Assembly (NCBI GenBank): GCA_047495785.1 | Contig: JBLDXI010000019.1 | Location: forward strand, 124,001 to 188,000 | Reading direction: 5' to 3' | DNA: 64,000 nt | Origin: Lepidodermella squamata | Taxonomy: Eukaryota > Animalia > Gastrotricha | Notes under the pieces: generated by a model | What the model saw: the letters and a program-made list of their open reading frames with translations, nothing else | What the model was told of the DNA's origin: nothing | Database searches by the model: none | Translations under genes and position numbers: made by a program | Shown here: positions 35,079 to 47,398 of the stretch, piece by piece | How positions within the stretch are numbered: position 1 is the stretch's first letter | Layout: every line of letters begins with the position of its first letter

Positions 35079-36660
35079 CCTAAAAACGTAACCTAACAAA
35101 TCTCACGAATTTGGGTCAAAGTGCATGAATTTTGAGAAATTTCAAATAAAACAGTCTCGGTGAATAAATTCCTTATCCCATAAAAGCCAAGAATGGATTT
35201 TATTTTCTTTCCCATTGTCACGCACTATTTCGAGAGATAAACAATTTGGGAGTGAGAATTTGCGAAATCCATATTTTTATTACTTACCGTCCAGGCGGAG
35301 AAAATCCAGTGTCGAGTTGGATACGTGATCTTACCTGCGCAGGTATTTCGAGAAAGGTGATAGCTAGGAGACCGCTCTCAAAGAAAACGTTCATTCAAAA
35401 TCATTCACCAAATTTATACGCTTTCCCAGCCCGGAAATGTGCCATTTTTTAGACACCCTGGGGTTGTAGTCACCTCGCGCAAGCAAAAAGTTTTGAATAT
35501 CGAAAAATCTGCCAATGGGCTTTATCAGACAGTAGGTAAAATAGTACTATTTAAGGGAATTCTTGTCTTTAAAATACTTTGAGATGACATTCGTGACACG
35601 TCTATATAAACGAATAAAAACGTGCATTCTATTCATCTGTGTTAGCAGCGTTTTTATTCATCGGTTCAAAGGTGACAAAAAACGTAAAATGAGTGCGCAC
35701 ATACTCCTCATGTAATTTTTTGCTAATAACCAATAAGTTGTTGCGGGTCGGCATACTGAACATATCGAACAAAAACCGCATAAACCCACTAACTAATTTC
35801 TTTTTTCTTGGTATGCGATTTTTTCTGGTCGAATAGGCCATGGGAAAAATGGGCAACTTTGATGGGGCTCGAACCCCGTTCGCCTGTTGAACACGCGGTA
35901 AAATAGCAACTGCCCCATTTTGCCATCACGTTAAATAATTACCTACTCTAAATAGCTGCCGATTACAGGTCACAGCTTGAAGGCTTGGCCAAGTCGATAT
36001 AATCGATGGCTTCGGTTCAACGTGCCGCGATCCCTCTTTCGACGACCTATCCGGCCAAAAGAAATAAGTTTGTGAACGTGTCATTTTTTACGTGTCATAG
36101 TTTAACGTATGACATTATTTTTCGTCCAGGGTGGATAAAAAAGCCGTAGGTATAAGGGGAATTCGATGCGCATCATTTTAATAAGCAGTTTCGAGAATTA
36201 AGAGAAGTTTCATTGGCAAAAGAATGCTGGAAATTCTTCAACTTATGAAAACTCCTCATTTAATTTATGAGCAGGAGATTCATCCCCTTCTGCGGCTTTT
36301 TTGGCCCTGTGCTAAGGTTTGTCCCATCTGAACTATTGAAACATTGGGGAAGAGACCCTGGTTTTTGCTAATATCTACAATATCTTAGCAATTTTTGCAA
36401 AAAATTCAACTCATTCACCGGTGATGATTCATCTTGTTGCCCCTGCGCATAGAAATCAATTATTCACCGTGCTGCGAGTACATGAGAGCTTTGAAATTAG
36501 CGGTGGAAGATGAGTAAGCAAAAGATATGAATAAAATATGAATAAGCCTCAGCCTATATGTATAGTTGGAATAAATTCGGCTTCGGCAAAGAAAGGGGTT
36601 GCGTTCCGGCTCAAATTGTTGCGAATCTCAACAAATAAACATTTTTGTTTGTAGAAATTT

Positions 36661-36978
36661 ATGGATAACATGACTACAGCGTTACTGGCGGAAGATCCGC
36701 CGTCTTATGACGAGTCTTTCAAGGTTGAAATGGAAAAATTTGCGGCCTGCTGGCAACTAGACATATCCGCAACCGATTCCGGTCACTTGATTATCTTCGA
36801 CCCTAAAGCAGCTCCGCCACCGAATCCATTTCTGCCTGCCACCGATGTTATAATCGAACCAACTCGATCTTCAAGGCGGCAAATATGCAACAGCACCCTC
36901 TTTTACTCCGCAGCATTTCTTTCTGTTGCGCTTATCGCTGCTGTTTCATTCGTCGTTATTTACACATTTAATAGATGA
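36661..36978 (+). CDS. Tail-anchored PPxY/NPF microprotein, paralog 1
   Basis: PPSYDE...DISATDSGHLIIFDPKAAPPPNPF...C-terminal TM. Confidence 0.8.
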   Translation: MDNMTTALLAEDPPSYDESFKVEMEKFAACWQLDISATDSGHLIIFDPKAAPPPNPFLPATDVIIEPTRSSRRQICNSTLFYSAAFLSVALIAAVSFVVIYTFNR

Positions 36979-37190
36979 TCTTTCTGTTCCTTTTAAAAAT
37001 TATAATCTTCGTCTGCTCAAGTTGTTAAAATTCATGCTTTCTTACTTACATAATAATATATGCCAATATACTCCAATATTTGCCAATGCCATCGTGACAA
37101 TTTCTTTTCTTTCGAATTCTGGGTTGTCTTTCCGCTTTTTCACATAATTTCATCGTTTAGTATTGTATATGTATCTATCGCTTCGTCATA

Positions 37191-37377
37191 TCGTTAGCGA
37201 CGTTGAATAACTCGGTTTTAGGCTTGTTTACATCCGGTTCAAGGCCACACGTGACAAGTAAAAAGCGGTTTTTAACGTGAATGAAGAGGCAACAACAAAA
37301 GACTTTTTACTTGTCACCTACCACCTTGAAATGGATGTAAATAAGCCTAAATCTGAGTTATTCAACGTCGCTAACGA
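37191..37377. mobile_element. Palindromic MITE family, complete copy with TA TSD
   Basis: TA|tcgttagcgacgttgaataactc...gagttattcaacgtcgctaacga|TA. Confidence 0.9.
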
Positions 37378-37517
37378 TATTAACCCCTTATAAAATATTA
37401 AATAAAAATGAAAAATAAAGGCTGATAAACTTCACTTTCGAGTTTGCTGACTTTCATAAAAAGCGCGAATTTCAGAATTTCAGAAAGGTTTCGGTGAACA
37501 TTTCCTGAAAAGGTACC

Positions 37518-37597
37518 TTATCCGACCAGGAAAAACCCCAGAAAAAGAGCCTGGTTTTTATCCGACCAGGAAAAACCCCAGAAAAAGAGCCTGGTTT
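37518..37597. repeat. 40-bp tandem duplication
   Basis: ttatccgaccaggaaaaaccccagaaaaagagcctggttt x2. Confidence 0.9.
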
Positions 37598-38156
37598 CTA
37601 ACCAGTTATTCTCATCGGATCCGAGTTTGGCAGTACTATACAATATACAACAGGTCCTCGCTCAGCACCAAGCCGACGAGCCGACTGATGTTTATCCGTT
37701 TTCACCGAATTTTTATATGATCTCTCAGCGCGGAGATATGCCTTTTAAACACCCTGGAGTAGTAATTTTATAGGATTTTTCAAGTATTATAGGGTTGTCG
37801 AGAAAGCTACCTTAGGGTTTATCAGATAGGAGGTAAGAGCTTGTTCTTGTTGAGCGAATTCGAGTAGATGGAATCCGTTATTCACCGTTATCACCTACAT
37901 ATGGTCTGGATTAACGAATGCAAATGAGAACTTTCATTCACTGATGTAAGCAACGTTTGATGACTTCTGGGTGACAAAAAATAACCCACAAATCTGTCCC
38001 ATAAATTTAGGTTGAAGTTTTTTAGTTGCCGTTTCGCCAATTCGTCGAATTTTTTCCCCGAGTCTACAACCGTTGGAAAGAAGACCCTCGTCTGATTTGT
38101 TTAAGCTACAGCTCGGTGTTGTGTGATTAGCAGGTGGAAAATACCAGGTCAGCAAA

Positions 38157-38305
38157 CTTGTTTACGTCCATTTCAAGTTGTTAGCTGACAAGTAAAAAGT
38201 CATTTGTGTTGGTCTCTTCATTCACGTTAAAACGCCGCTATCAACTTGTCACCCTGAATCGGATGTAAACAAGCCTAAATCCGAGTTGTTCAATGATGCT
38301 AACGA
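38157..38305. mobile_element. Palindromic MITE family, degenerate copy
   Basis: cttgtttacgtcc...tgacaagtaaaaag...ggatgtaaacaagcctaaatccgagttgttcaatgatgctaacga. Confidence 0.7.
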
Positions 38306-38630
38306 CATCATCTTTTGTGCCATTTGAGCTCTCGAAATAACTGCGGATGAAGATACCGTGGGTTTTTCGCACCAGCAACATTTCTACACTTTTTAGAAGA
38401 AAAAAACAACTAAGTTGTTGGCGATGATTCATCTTCTGTTTTCCATTGAGCCCACATTCAACTTTCTTTTCATTTTAAATAGAAAGCGTAAAATCTGCGG
38501 TGAAAGATGAATAGGCATAGAATATGAATAGGGGAATACAATCGGCTCCCTCGTGCTTTAGCGTTAAGGTTTGTGTTTCGGACCAACATTTCAGCAAATC
38601 TCTAAAACTTAATATTCATAATTATAAAGT

Positions 38631-38945
38631 ATGACTACAGCGTTACTGGCGGAAGATCCGCCGTCTTATGACGAGTCGTACAAGGTTGAAATGGAAAAAT
38701 TTGCAGCCTGCTGGCTACTAGACATATCCGCCACCGATTCGGGACACTTGATAATTTTCGACCCCAAAGCAGCTCCGCCGCCGAACCCATTCCTGGCAAC
38801 CACCAAGGTAACAACAGAATCAGCGCGACCTTCAATGCGGCAGAGATGTAAAAGATGTAAAAACGCGCTGTTTTACTTCATAGCTTTTTTTTGCACTGTT
38901 CTTTTCGCTGCTATTTTGTCCTTCGTGATTTACAAGGATAACTGA
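38631..38945 (+). CDS. Tail-anchored PPxY/NPF microprotein, paralog 2
   Basis: Near-identical N-terminal half to paralog 1. Confidence 0.8.
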   Translation: MTTALLAEDPPSYDESYKVEMEKFAACWLLDISATDSGHLIIFDPKAAPPPNPFLATTKVTTESARPSMRQRCKRCKNALFYFIAFFCTVLFAAILSFVIYKDN

Positions 38946-40188
38946 CCTTTTGAAAATGCTATATTTCGTCTGGTCAAGTTGCTAAAAATCATGCTTTCGT
39001 ACTTATACCTAATATACATACATATAAATAATGCCGATGTCATCGTTATGAATTCCTTTCTTTCGACTACTGGAATGTCTTTCCGCTTTTTCACATAATG
39101 TCATCGCTTATGTATCTCTCAGTACCCTTAAAATATAAAAAAATTGAGAAAATAAATAAATAAAAAATAAAACGTGAGGCACTTTATTTTCGACCTTGCT
39201 GACTTTCATCAGCGCGAATTTCAGAATAGACACTCATTTATATTGTCCCAAAAATATAGGTCGACTAGCTTTGACAATTCGATGTTATACCATACAAATG
39301 TAACATTCTGTGAAGGTGTTGAAATTGCGGGAAAAATTAGATCTTCGAATTCAGCGTAGCACAACTCAGCCACGACATTTCAGGTAACGAAAGCTTAGCC
39401 AAAATTAATTAATGCCATAAAAATAGGCAATTAATCAATTAATTGCGTCATATCAATCAAATTGATCTAGAAGGCGCCGGGTAACGATCAGACCAAAGGG
39501 ATTGGACCGAACAACATAAGACTTGGCCGACTACCTCCGCCTCGTCCTTGTCCTCGACGTTCAACTTTATATACGGTCTTCTGGAACCAAAGCCTCCTGA
39601 AACCACGCCATCGTCAACATCCAACGTTGTTCGGTCCAGTCCGCCGATTGGTTGTAGTACAGCTGTAATGGGATAATGAGATTGTGCGTTTTGAAGGAAT
39701 TCTCGTTAATAGAATCCGTTGAGATGACATTCTCTGTGGTATCTATATAAACGTATAAAAACGTTTATTTTATTTATTCATTGGTGTTGGCAATTGTTGA
39801 TGGCTTTTATGGGTGACAAAAAACTACGTAACGTTTGGATATACATGTGCTCATTTTTTACACATATTTTAGCACCATACAAGGCATGACATCATCTTTT
39901 GTAATTGGCTTTATTCCATTTGAACTCTCGAAATAATTGCGGAAAAGATCCTGGCGATTCAGCCTCGGGCCAATAAGTTTGATATCAATAATTTGTAGCC
40001 AAAAATAACTCTTTTGTCGCGGATGATTCATGTTTTGCGCTATAAACATTTGCGGCGAATGATGATTAAGCGTTGGGCTTGAGGCGTGACATCCTTTTCA
40101 GCTGGAATAACCTTAGCGTTTCGCCTCAAATTGCTGCAAATCTCAACAAAAAAATTGTTGACATTTTTTGTAGAAATTAATAAACAAC

Positions 40189-40485
40189 ATGTTACCGACG
40201 GAAAATCCGCCGTCTTATGACGAGTCGGTCAAGCTCGAAATGGAAAAATTCGCTGCATGCAGACTCATAGACATATCCGCAACCGATTCCGGTCACTTGA
40301 TAATATTCGACCCGAAAGCTGCTCCGCCGCCGAATCCATTCCTGGCCACCACCAATGTAATATTGCAATCAGCTCGATCTTCAATGCGGCAGAGATATCA
40401 AAGCGCGCTGTTCTACATCGGAGCATTACTTGTTATTATTCTTTTGACTGCTGTTTTATTCATCGTGATTCACAACATTACATGA
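40189..40485 (+). CDS. Tail-anchored PPxY/NPF microprotein, paralog 3
   Basis: PPSYDE...SATDSGHLIIFDPKAAPPPNPFL...TM. Confidence 0.8.
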   Translation: MLPTENPPSYDESVKLEMEKFAACRLIDISATDSGHLIIFDPKAAPPPNPFLATTNVILQSARSSMRQRYQSALFYIGALLVIILLTAVLFIVIHNIT

Positions 40486-41014
40486 AGCTTTATATCCTTT
40501 TTTCATAGAAAATGTCAACTTTGTCTGGTCAACTTAATTGTTGCTTTCTTACTAAAAATATGTCAATGTCATCGTGATAACTTCCTTTCTTTCGACTTCT
40601 GGCCTGTCTTTCCGCTTTTTCACTTAATTTCATCGTTAATTACTATCAGCACCAACCCCTTATGAAATATGTAAAAGAAATATACCTATAATAAAAAATT
40701 ATAAGGCGGTACACTTCATTTTCGACCTTTGATGAAAACGTGGATTTCAGAATGGAGACATTTTTACTTAGTCCCAAAAGGTTAAAAATAGCCTCACAGG
40801 TAATTCCATCTAAGCATTTCTCAGAAAAAAATCGGCACTTGTTACGTTTTCCTTTGTATAGCTGGTTAGCCTTTATGAGAAACTTGACAAAAAGTTCACG
40901 GTGATCCCGCATAATACCAATGTTTGACTATTAGGATTATTTCTTAAGCAAACAATAACACTATGGTTGAATTTTCTATTTTTAGTTGAATTTTGTTCAA
41001 TATTTTTTTGTCAA

Positions 41015-41323
41015 ATGGCTTCGTCATTTCTGATTTCGTTACCAACGGGTCATCATGGCGATTTCAATGCGAAAAGAGACGATTTTCGGCAGATGCTGAT
41101 TGCCCCGTCGACCGAGCTTAGTCACCTGATGTTTTTGGACCCGCCAGCTGCTCCAAATCCTTTCCTTAACACGGAATACCGTCAAGGAATGCCAGAAACT
41201 GAAATTTCACGCAAATACCATAGCTTCATGATGTATTTCGGCTTGATACTGCTGGCTATATTTTTCGCGCTTTCGATCATTTTTATTATTTGGAAATTTT
41301 CTATCGACTTTTATCAGCGATAG
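41015..41323 (+). CDS. Divergent tail-anchored NPF microprotein, paralog 4
   Basis: STELSHLMFLDPPAAPNPFL aligns with the family core; C-terminal TM; lacks PPxY. Confidence 0.7.
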   Translation: MASSFLISLPTGHHGDFNAKRDDFRQMLIAPSTELSHLMFLDPPAAPNPFLNTEYRQGMPETEISRKYHSFMMYFGLILLAIFFALSIIFIIWKFSIDFYQR

Positions 41324-42112
41324 AATCTTCAGAAAATCTCGTTTTTTACTGGTTTGGACAATAAACTTGATTAAAAAGGAAAAAATTCGGTAAAATCTGT
41401 TAAATTTAATGTTCACTGCGACAGCTCGATTCAGTTTAATATAATTGAAATTTGAGCTCAAATTTAAGGGAAAGGTGACCCAATGGTGACCCTTTTATGG
41501 TAATTTCCTGAGCCACACACCGAACCAAGGTCAAGTATGTACACATACCTAAAGCTCACACGGAAAATATAGAAAATATGCATTTGTTGGCTAAAGAAAC
41601 TGGAAGGTTTTCTTGCGCTAATTTGAGGGTTTTAATGGTAAATAGTATGCAAATACATTTAAGCACGATTTTTGGCAGAGTTTGTATAAAAATGAGTAAT
41701 AACAGCAGCACACCTGGTTAAAATTTGAGCCACGTTTTCTCGTCGGTTGTAAAGTTTTTTTAAGGCGACTTTTTGCCACGACTTCACCCGACTAAACCAA
41801 CAGTGGAAAGTTTTTTTCGCTCCGACTACCACGCTTGTATATAATAACAACAGCAGCTTGCCGCCAAAAAGAGTCGGCTTTTTTTGTGCTACATCATCCT
41901 TATCCACATCTACACACAGCATCAATTACAAAAGAGATGGCGAGGGTTTTCTTGCTATCAAGCGAGATATAATTGAGGCCGCACAGGTGTCAAACGAGCT
42001 TGTCGTTGTAGTTTTTTCCCTACTGATGCTGTGTTCAGTATCAACATACCTCCTGTGAACTGTGCCGAAAATTAATTTACCGAAAAAAGCACGCCCGGAG
42101 CACTTTGGGTAA

Positions 42113-43145
42113 ATGGCATATTCGAGCTACAACAGAAGCAGCCGACTAAATAGAGACAACTACAACGAATTCGGGTGAGTTTTTTTCATCATCGAATTAA
42201 TTACACCGGCCAACAAATTTTTTCCATTATTTCGTGTTCAAATCATTAAATGATTTCAGCTCTACGACTTCTACGTTCCAACCTTACGAACATTACGCCA
42301 GTAATCCGAGTACAGCTCGAGCTTACTGCCCTGGCTACTACTACACGGACGAAGTTGGAAACGACTATTATTTAACGCCTGAATCATCGCCTCGTGAAAT
42401 CGTCCGAATACAACAACCGACCCGCCAGCTCTACAGCGAACCGATTGTCTACGAACATCGGCGAAGTTTCCAGAACAAAAAGGTTCAAACGATGAATCGA
42501 AGACCGATTAGCGAATTGACCCGAATACGGACAGTTTCCGGCGAATTCCCCGTCGTCTACCATGACTCGCCGCCACCGCCGTCAAATTACCACCAGTTCA
42601 TTGGCAACGAGCCAGGGCCGAAAGTTATCGAAGTTCGGGATGAGGAAGTGGTTAAACCAGCCGTGAATAAAAATCCTGTCTACAACTATCATGAGGACGT
42701 TTCCGGTAATAACAACAACTCAAAACCTCAACCGAACCCGCCAAAACCACCGGAGCAGAATCAGAATCAGAATAATAATTTTCATGACCAAGTTGTGATT
42801 CAAGCACCTGCCAATGCCACGCCGTTCAAGTATGTCGTAGTCGAAGAGCCTGCGCCAGATCCGGACGCGAAGCGCTGCCGCATTGCGGCATTAGCCCTAT
42901 CACTGTGTTCGCTAATCTGCTGCGGGCCTTTGACGTTTTGGTGCTCGATTCCAGCTTTGGTAATCGCGGCGTTTCGGCCTCGCAATTCCGACCGGTGTAA
43001 TTACACGATTTCGATCGCGCTTGCTGCCCTGGCGCTGCTGGTTGGCATTGCTGCTCTGGTTATTCTCATTGTCCTGGTTATAGTGCCTGTTGTCGATGCT
43101 GCTAAGAAAGGCGTTGTTTGGAATCCATTCCTTGGAAAATCATAA
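42113..43145 (+). CDS. Dispanin/CD225-like protein with long Y/P/N-rich N-terminus (intron 42175-42259)
   Basis: In-frame splice from ATG 42113; C-terminal LSLCSLICCGPLTFWCSIPALVIAA...YTISIALAALALLVG. Confidence 0.85.
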
Positions 43146-43427
43146 AATTATTTTCTTCAGCAAATAATTATTAATTTACCTGAATGTAGATTTTTCTCGA
43201 AGATTGACCTAATTTGATAATTTAATAATAAAATATTTTCCAGCTTAAAAAGTCCACCATTAAATAATAATATTTACAACAATTCGTGAAAAATGTGTTC
43301 ATAAATTTTATTAATTTTGAAATTTTTCCAATTTTGCACAAAGTAACACCACACCGGCGATCAGATTCATTCGTCAATAATCACGTGTGTCGAAGTTCAA
43401 GATCTTCGAAATATTGCGCTTCGCTTT

Positions 43428-44887
43428 TTAGGGACGAGGCGTCGGCAAATTGCAGTCCAAGCAATGGCAGCAAGTAATGCTGAAGCCAGCAAGGAAATAG
43501 GTGAAGGACATGACTGCACTGATACCCTGAATGAACGGAGAAAAATCGGTCAAAATGTTGCTGAACCCCACTTCAAATTAAACTAACCATGTTTGTGTAA
43601 AATAGGTAAATGTAACTTGGGTCGAAAAGGTCAAAGTAACTAAACCAATTGGTAGCCGGGCTAGTTATGAGCGGGTAGAAAACCATGTAGATTAAGGCGA
43701 TGACAACAGTGTAGACTACATAACCAACGCCATAAGCAATGTCAGAGCGACCTCCGTACGCCCAGGATAGAGTCTTCCAGTTTGAAAGCTGTTGCAGAGC
43801 AGTGCCAATTGACACTAGAGGCAAAAGTAGCATCTCCAGCCAATAGTACCAACATTCCCGACCTAGCAGTGACAGTTGCGTCGAAGCTTTATCTTGTTCT
43901 CGAGAAAACAAGCCTACCCATACGCCAATAATTATAATAGCCAGAACCTGGAAAGAGGCTTCAATAATTAACGATCATTTTTGAGAGTTTTATTATACCA
44001 GCTGAATTGCTCGTATAATGCCGTAGGGTGTTTTTATGCGCTCACTTAAAACCTCCGAACCAGTCGGGTCACGGGTAATCGCCGGCTGGCTCCCTGCAAA
44101 GGAGAAAAAGGTATAAATTTAGTTCCGCTATCGCATGAATTTTGGCATGAATTCGAGGGAATAAATTGGACCCTAGTTTGGGGTATCTAATTTGGGACCT
44201 AATTGGACCCTAATTTGGGGTATTGAAATACAAGGGCTTCAATGGCCCGAATTCACGATGTTTCATTTAAGGCTGCAGATTGCAGATCAATGGCTTCAAG
44301 AAAATGTTGGCAAATTTGAAAAATTTATTCAATTCCAAGGTGTGTATAACGAACCCACGTGGTGCTTTCAACTCAAAGCAAAGTGGTTAAACGAGGGTTC
44401 ATTTTTTTCTCTTCTGAATTTTTTTCCAAATTTGAAAATTCACATTTGAAATTTTCACGAAACCACATATTCATGGGCTGTAAAAGCTGTGTGTATGTAA
44501 ATGCCCTCTATCAAGAAAGGCTTTTTTCGATTTTTCTCCTGATTTTTCTGAATTTAATTGCCGGAATTTATGGGGTAGCGGAATTAAATTCATGTTCATG
44601 CCTTTTTTCTTATTCCTGTTTTTATTCTTCCCATGCGGCGCTCCACCCCCTCCAGACACGATGACGACCTGTTGAGATCCCGGTTGGTAGGCAACAACTC
44701 CGGGTTGCTGCTGGGCATTGTTAACACTTTGACCAGTCAGTTGCGGGTAGTGGCTGTAGACTGGCTGGCCGGGTTGCTGCGGGTATTGATTATAAACTTG
44801 TTCTTGAGGCTGATATTGCGGATCGTCTATGGACATAGCAGCCATCCAATCTGGCTGAGCTTCCTCTTGTTTCTTGGTTTTACCCAT
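43428..44887 (-). CDS. Four-exon MARVEL-like four-TM protein, paralog of 15672-16689
   Basis: Q/P/Y-rich exon 1; ERIKTPYGIIRAIQL|VLAIIIIG...YTNM|GISAVMSFTYFLAGFSITCCHCLDCNLPTPRP*. Confidence 0.75.
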
Positions 44888-45731
44888 TTATTCAAGGAAT
44901 TATATAAACAATGGGTGGTAAGTAGGCAATGAAAAAAGCTGGATTTTATCCATCAAAAAAACGCGGCAAGAGTCACGTGTCGGACATTTGTTGATAAAAA
45001 GTTGATTGCTATAGGTACCATTGCGTTTTTTTATCAGTCGGAATAAGCCATTGAATCATTCATATCTTAATTTAAGACTAGGCGATTATTTTAACATACA
45101 TTAACCTACATACCTTGGGTCGCGCGAGCTAGGCCATTTCATATCCAGTTTTTCCACATATTTCGTCATCTATGTCCAATAATACATAAACCTTGGTCGT
45201 AGATGAGTTGAATCAACTGTTAATTTTTTAAATTCTGCAGGGTGACTACAACTCCAGGGTGTCCAAACGGCACATCTCCGAGCTGGGATATCGCATGAAT
45301 TCGGGAAAACGGATAAAAACCAGCGTTTCGTCGGCTTGGTGATGAGCAAGGACCTGTCATTGGGACTGTCATGAGACTGTCACCAAACGTAAGGTCACGT
45401 GACCAACCAGACACCGCATTTTCTCCATAACGGTAAGTAATAAAAATGTGGGACTTTCGAATTCTTGTTCCCCAATTTTTTCGCTACCGAAATAACGCGT
45501 GCTAATATGGAAAGAAAAACGATAGATTTTGTCATATAAATTCTAGGCTTTAATGCGAATGTTTTGGAGTGGAAATTACGTTATTTGCTTGTCCTTAGTT
45601 TGTTTACGCTGTTTCCTTATCTCAGAGCAAGCAGGCGTGTACACGCAGAGAAAGCATTATTCCTATAAGGCAGTAATGCTTCTATACGAGAAATGATAAA
45701 CAAGTTGTTTCCTGTATAATATACCATTGAC

Positions 45732-46520
45732 ATGGCTCCAATATTGGACGACAAAACGGGTAATATCAGTCTTTCATTTGACGAATCTCAAACTTCGCGA
45801 GCTGAGGTAACTATAATAATTATTACGACCGATTCTTCTTTGATTCCTATATTCTAGAAATATGCCGACTCAATCAGTGAACAAATGCTCATCGCCCTCG
45901 GTGCTGCTTTGGCCCTTTTAACAATTCTCAATCTGATTTTCATCTTAAATTATCACACAAGACGGCTTTTTACACAAGCAGGGCCAAGTCGGAATCAAAG
46001 CCACCCGCTGCCTAATACAGCGATTCCAGCCTTCATCATTTCGGCTTTCACCTTGACTGGAGCTGTCTTCGGCCTCAGCTACGCCCTTCAATACTATTAC
46101 AATGAGACAACAATCAGCTCAATCGGCTACAAATTTGCCGCGGTCGTAACAGTTATCACTGTCTCCCTCGCTTTCATGGCAATTTTTTCCAACACCTGTT
46201 CTAAATTGTTCGAATGCGATCATGATTGTTGGAAGCGGCTGGAATTCTTACAAAATGTTGCAATATGCCGGAAGATCCCGCTCTTCTTCAACGCAGCTAG
46301 GTTGAAATTGCTGTCATGTCGCCGATCGAATTCATTCGCAGGCCGGTTAGCTAGTCTAGCGTACAGAACAATTGGCCGCGTACTGTCTTGCCTTGTCATT
46401 CTGTCTCTTGTAATCCTAGCGATTGTGATCGGAGCTAGCTTATTATGGCTGATCAGTTATGATATTGCGTATAAACGAATATTAGCACCGCTTTTAGCTT
46501 CACCAGGGCTTGAAAGTTAA
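45732..46520 (+). CDS. Uncharacterised four-TM protein, two exons
   Basis: ATG 45732, intron ~45807-45857 joins in frame to ORF 45885-46520; four hydrophobic segments; AATAAA after the stop. Confidence 0.7.
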
Positions 46521-46740
46521 ATAAAAACCACCTGGTAATACCAAACGGTACCAAATAAAAGATATTCTGAAATTTACTTGTTTTTATAATAAACATATAA
46601 AGGTGGGATGTCTCACAACGTCGATTTGGGACTCCCCTTATTCCGACATCCGCAGGCCTGGACTTCGTCACATCGTTGATGCATGGTGCGTGTAAAAGGT
46701 TCGATGGAACTTTACTTTAACGATTAATGGAATTTAATTA

Positions 46741-47178
46741 ACGTAAACTACAGTATAAAGGCCGCGGCGACTAATTTTCCTGATTTTTGAAAAAGAGGCA
46801 AAAAGTGCGGCGATTATTTGAGTGCGGCGATTATTCGAGTGCGGTCTTTATTTCCCTCAATTTTTCAAAACTTGAGTTGTAGCAGGCGTAACAGGTGTAA
46901 CAAGGGGCTTGCGCCGCCAATTCACGCGCGGCTATTCGGATAATCCGCCTCCTCGACGTCACCTAGTGAGTATAAAGTAGGTCGGCGTAGCGGTAGGAGT
47001 CGCAGTGGGGGTGCCATCTGGCGATTTGCCTGGGTGGCTGTTGATCACGTGCTTAGGTGCGGCGATTATTCGCGCGCGGCCTTTATTTATGCTGAATTGA
47101 TGAAAATAGGGCTATTTTGCGGCGATTATTCGGGTGCGGTCTTTATTCAGGATGCGGCCTTTATACTGTAGTTTACGG
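46741..47178. mobile_element. Tc1/mariner-pogo-type MITE
   Basis: TIR CGTAAACTACAGTATAAAGGCCGC with TA on both flanks; internal gcggcgattatt repeats. Confidence 0.85.
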
Positions 47179-47398
47179 TAAGTTTAATTAATTTCCACGG
47201 GAATATTTCAGCAGGCGACATCTAAGCAACCGTCACTTCAGCTGAGTTTGTTTTATTTGTCATAGAATTGAACAGAAGACATTTCTACTAAGCAGTACAT
47301 CAAATCAGCAGAAGGCATAGTACCAGGTCAAGTTCCAATTAGATGATCAGCTACCTCTACCTTGACCGTGTTGTCTTCCATGCCATCATCGTGTTCAT

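Noticed and set aside
37040-37150. Minus-strand mini-ORF (KKRKDNPEFERKEI) in the conserved downstream region of the microprotein paralogs
   Set aside because: Frame is broken in the third copy; similarity is explained by recent tandem duplication.
37518-37597. CRISPR-like repeat
   Set aside because: Two adjacent copies with no spacer; eukaryotic context; no cas genes.
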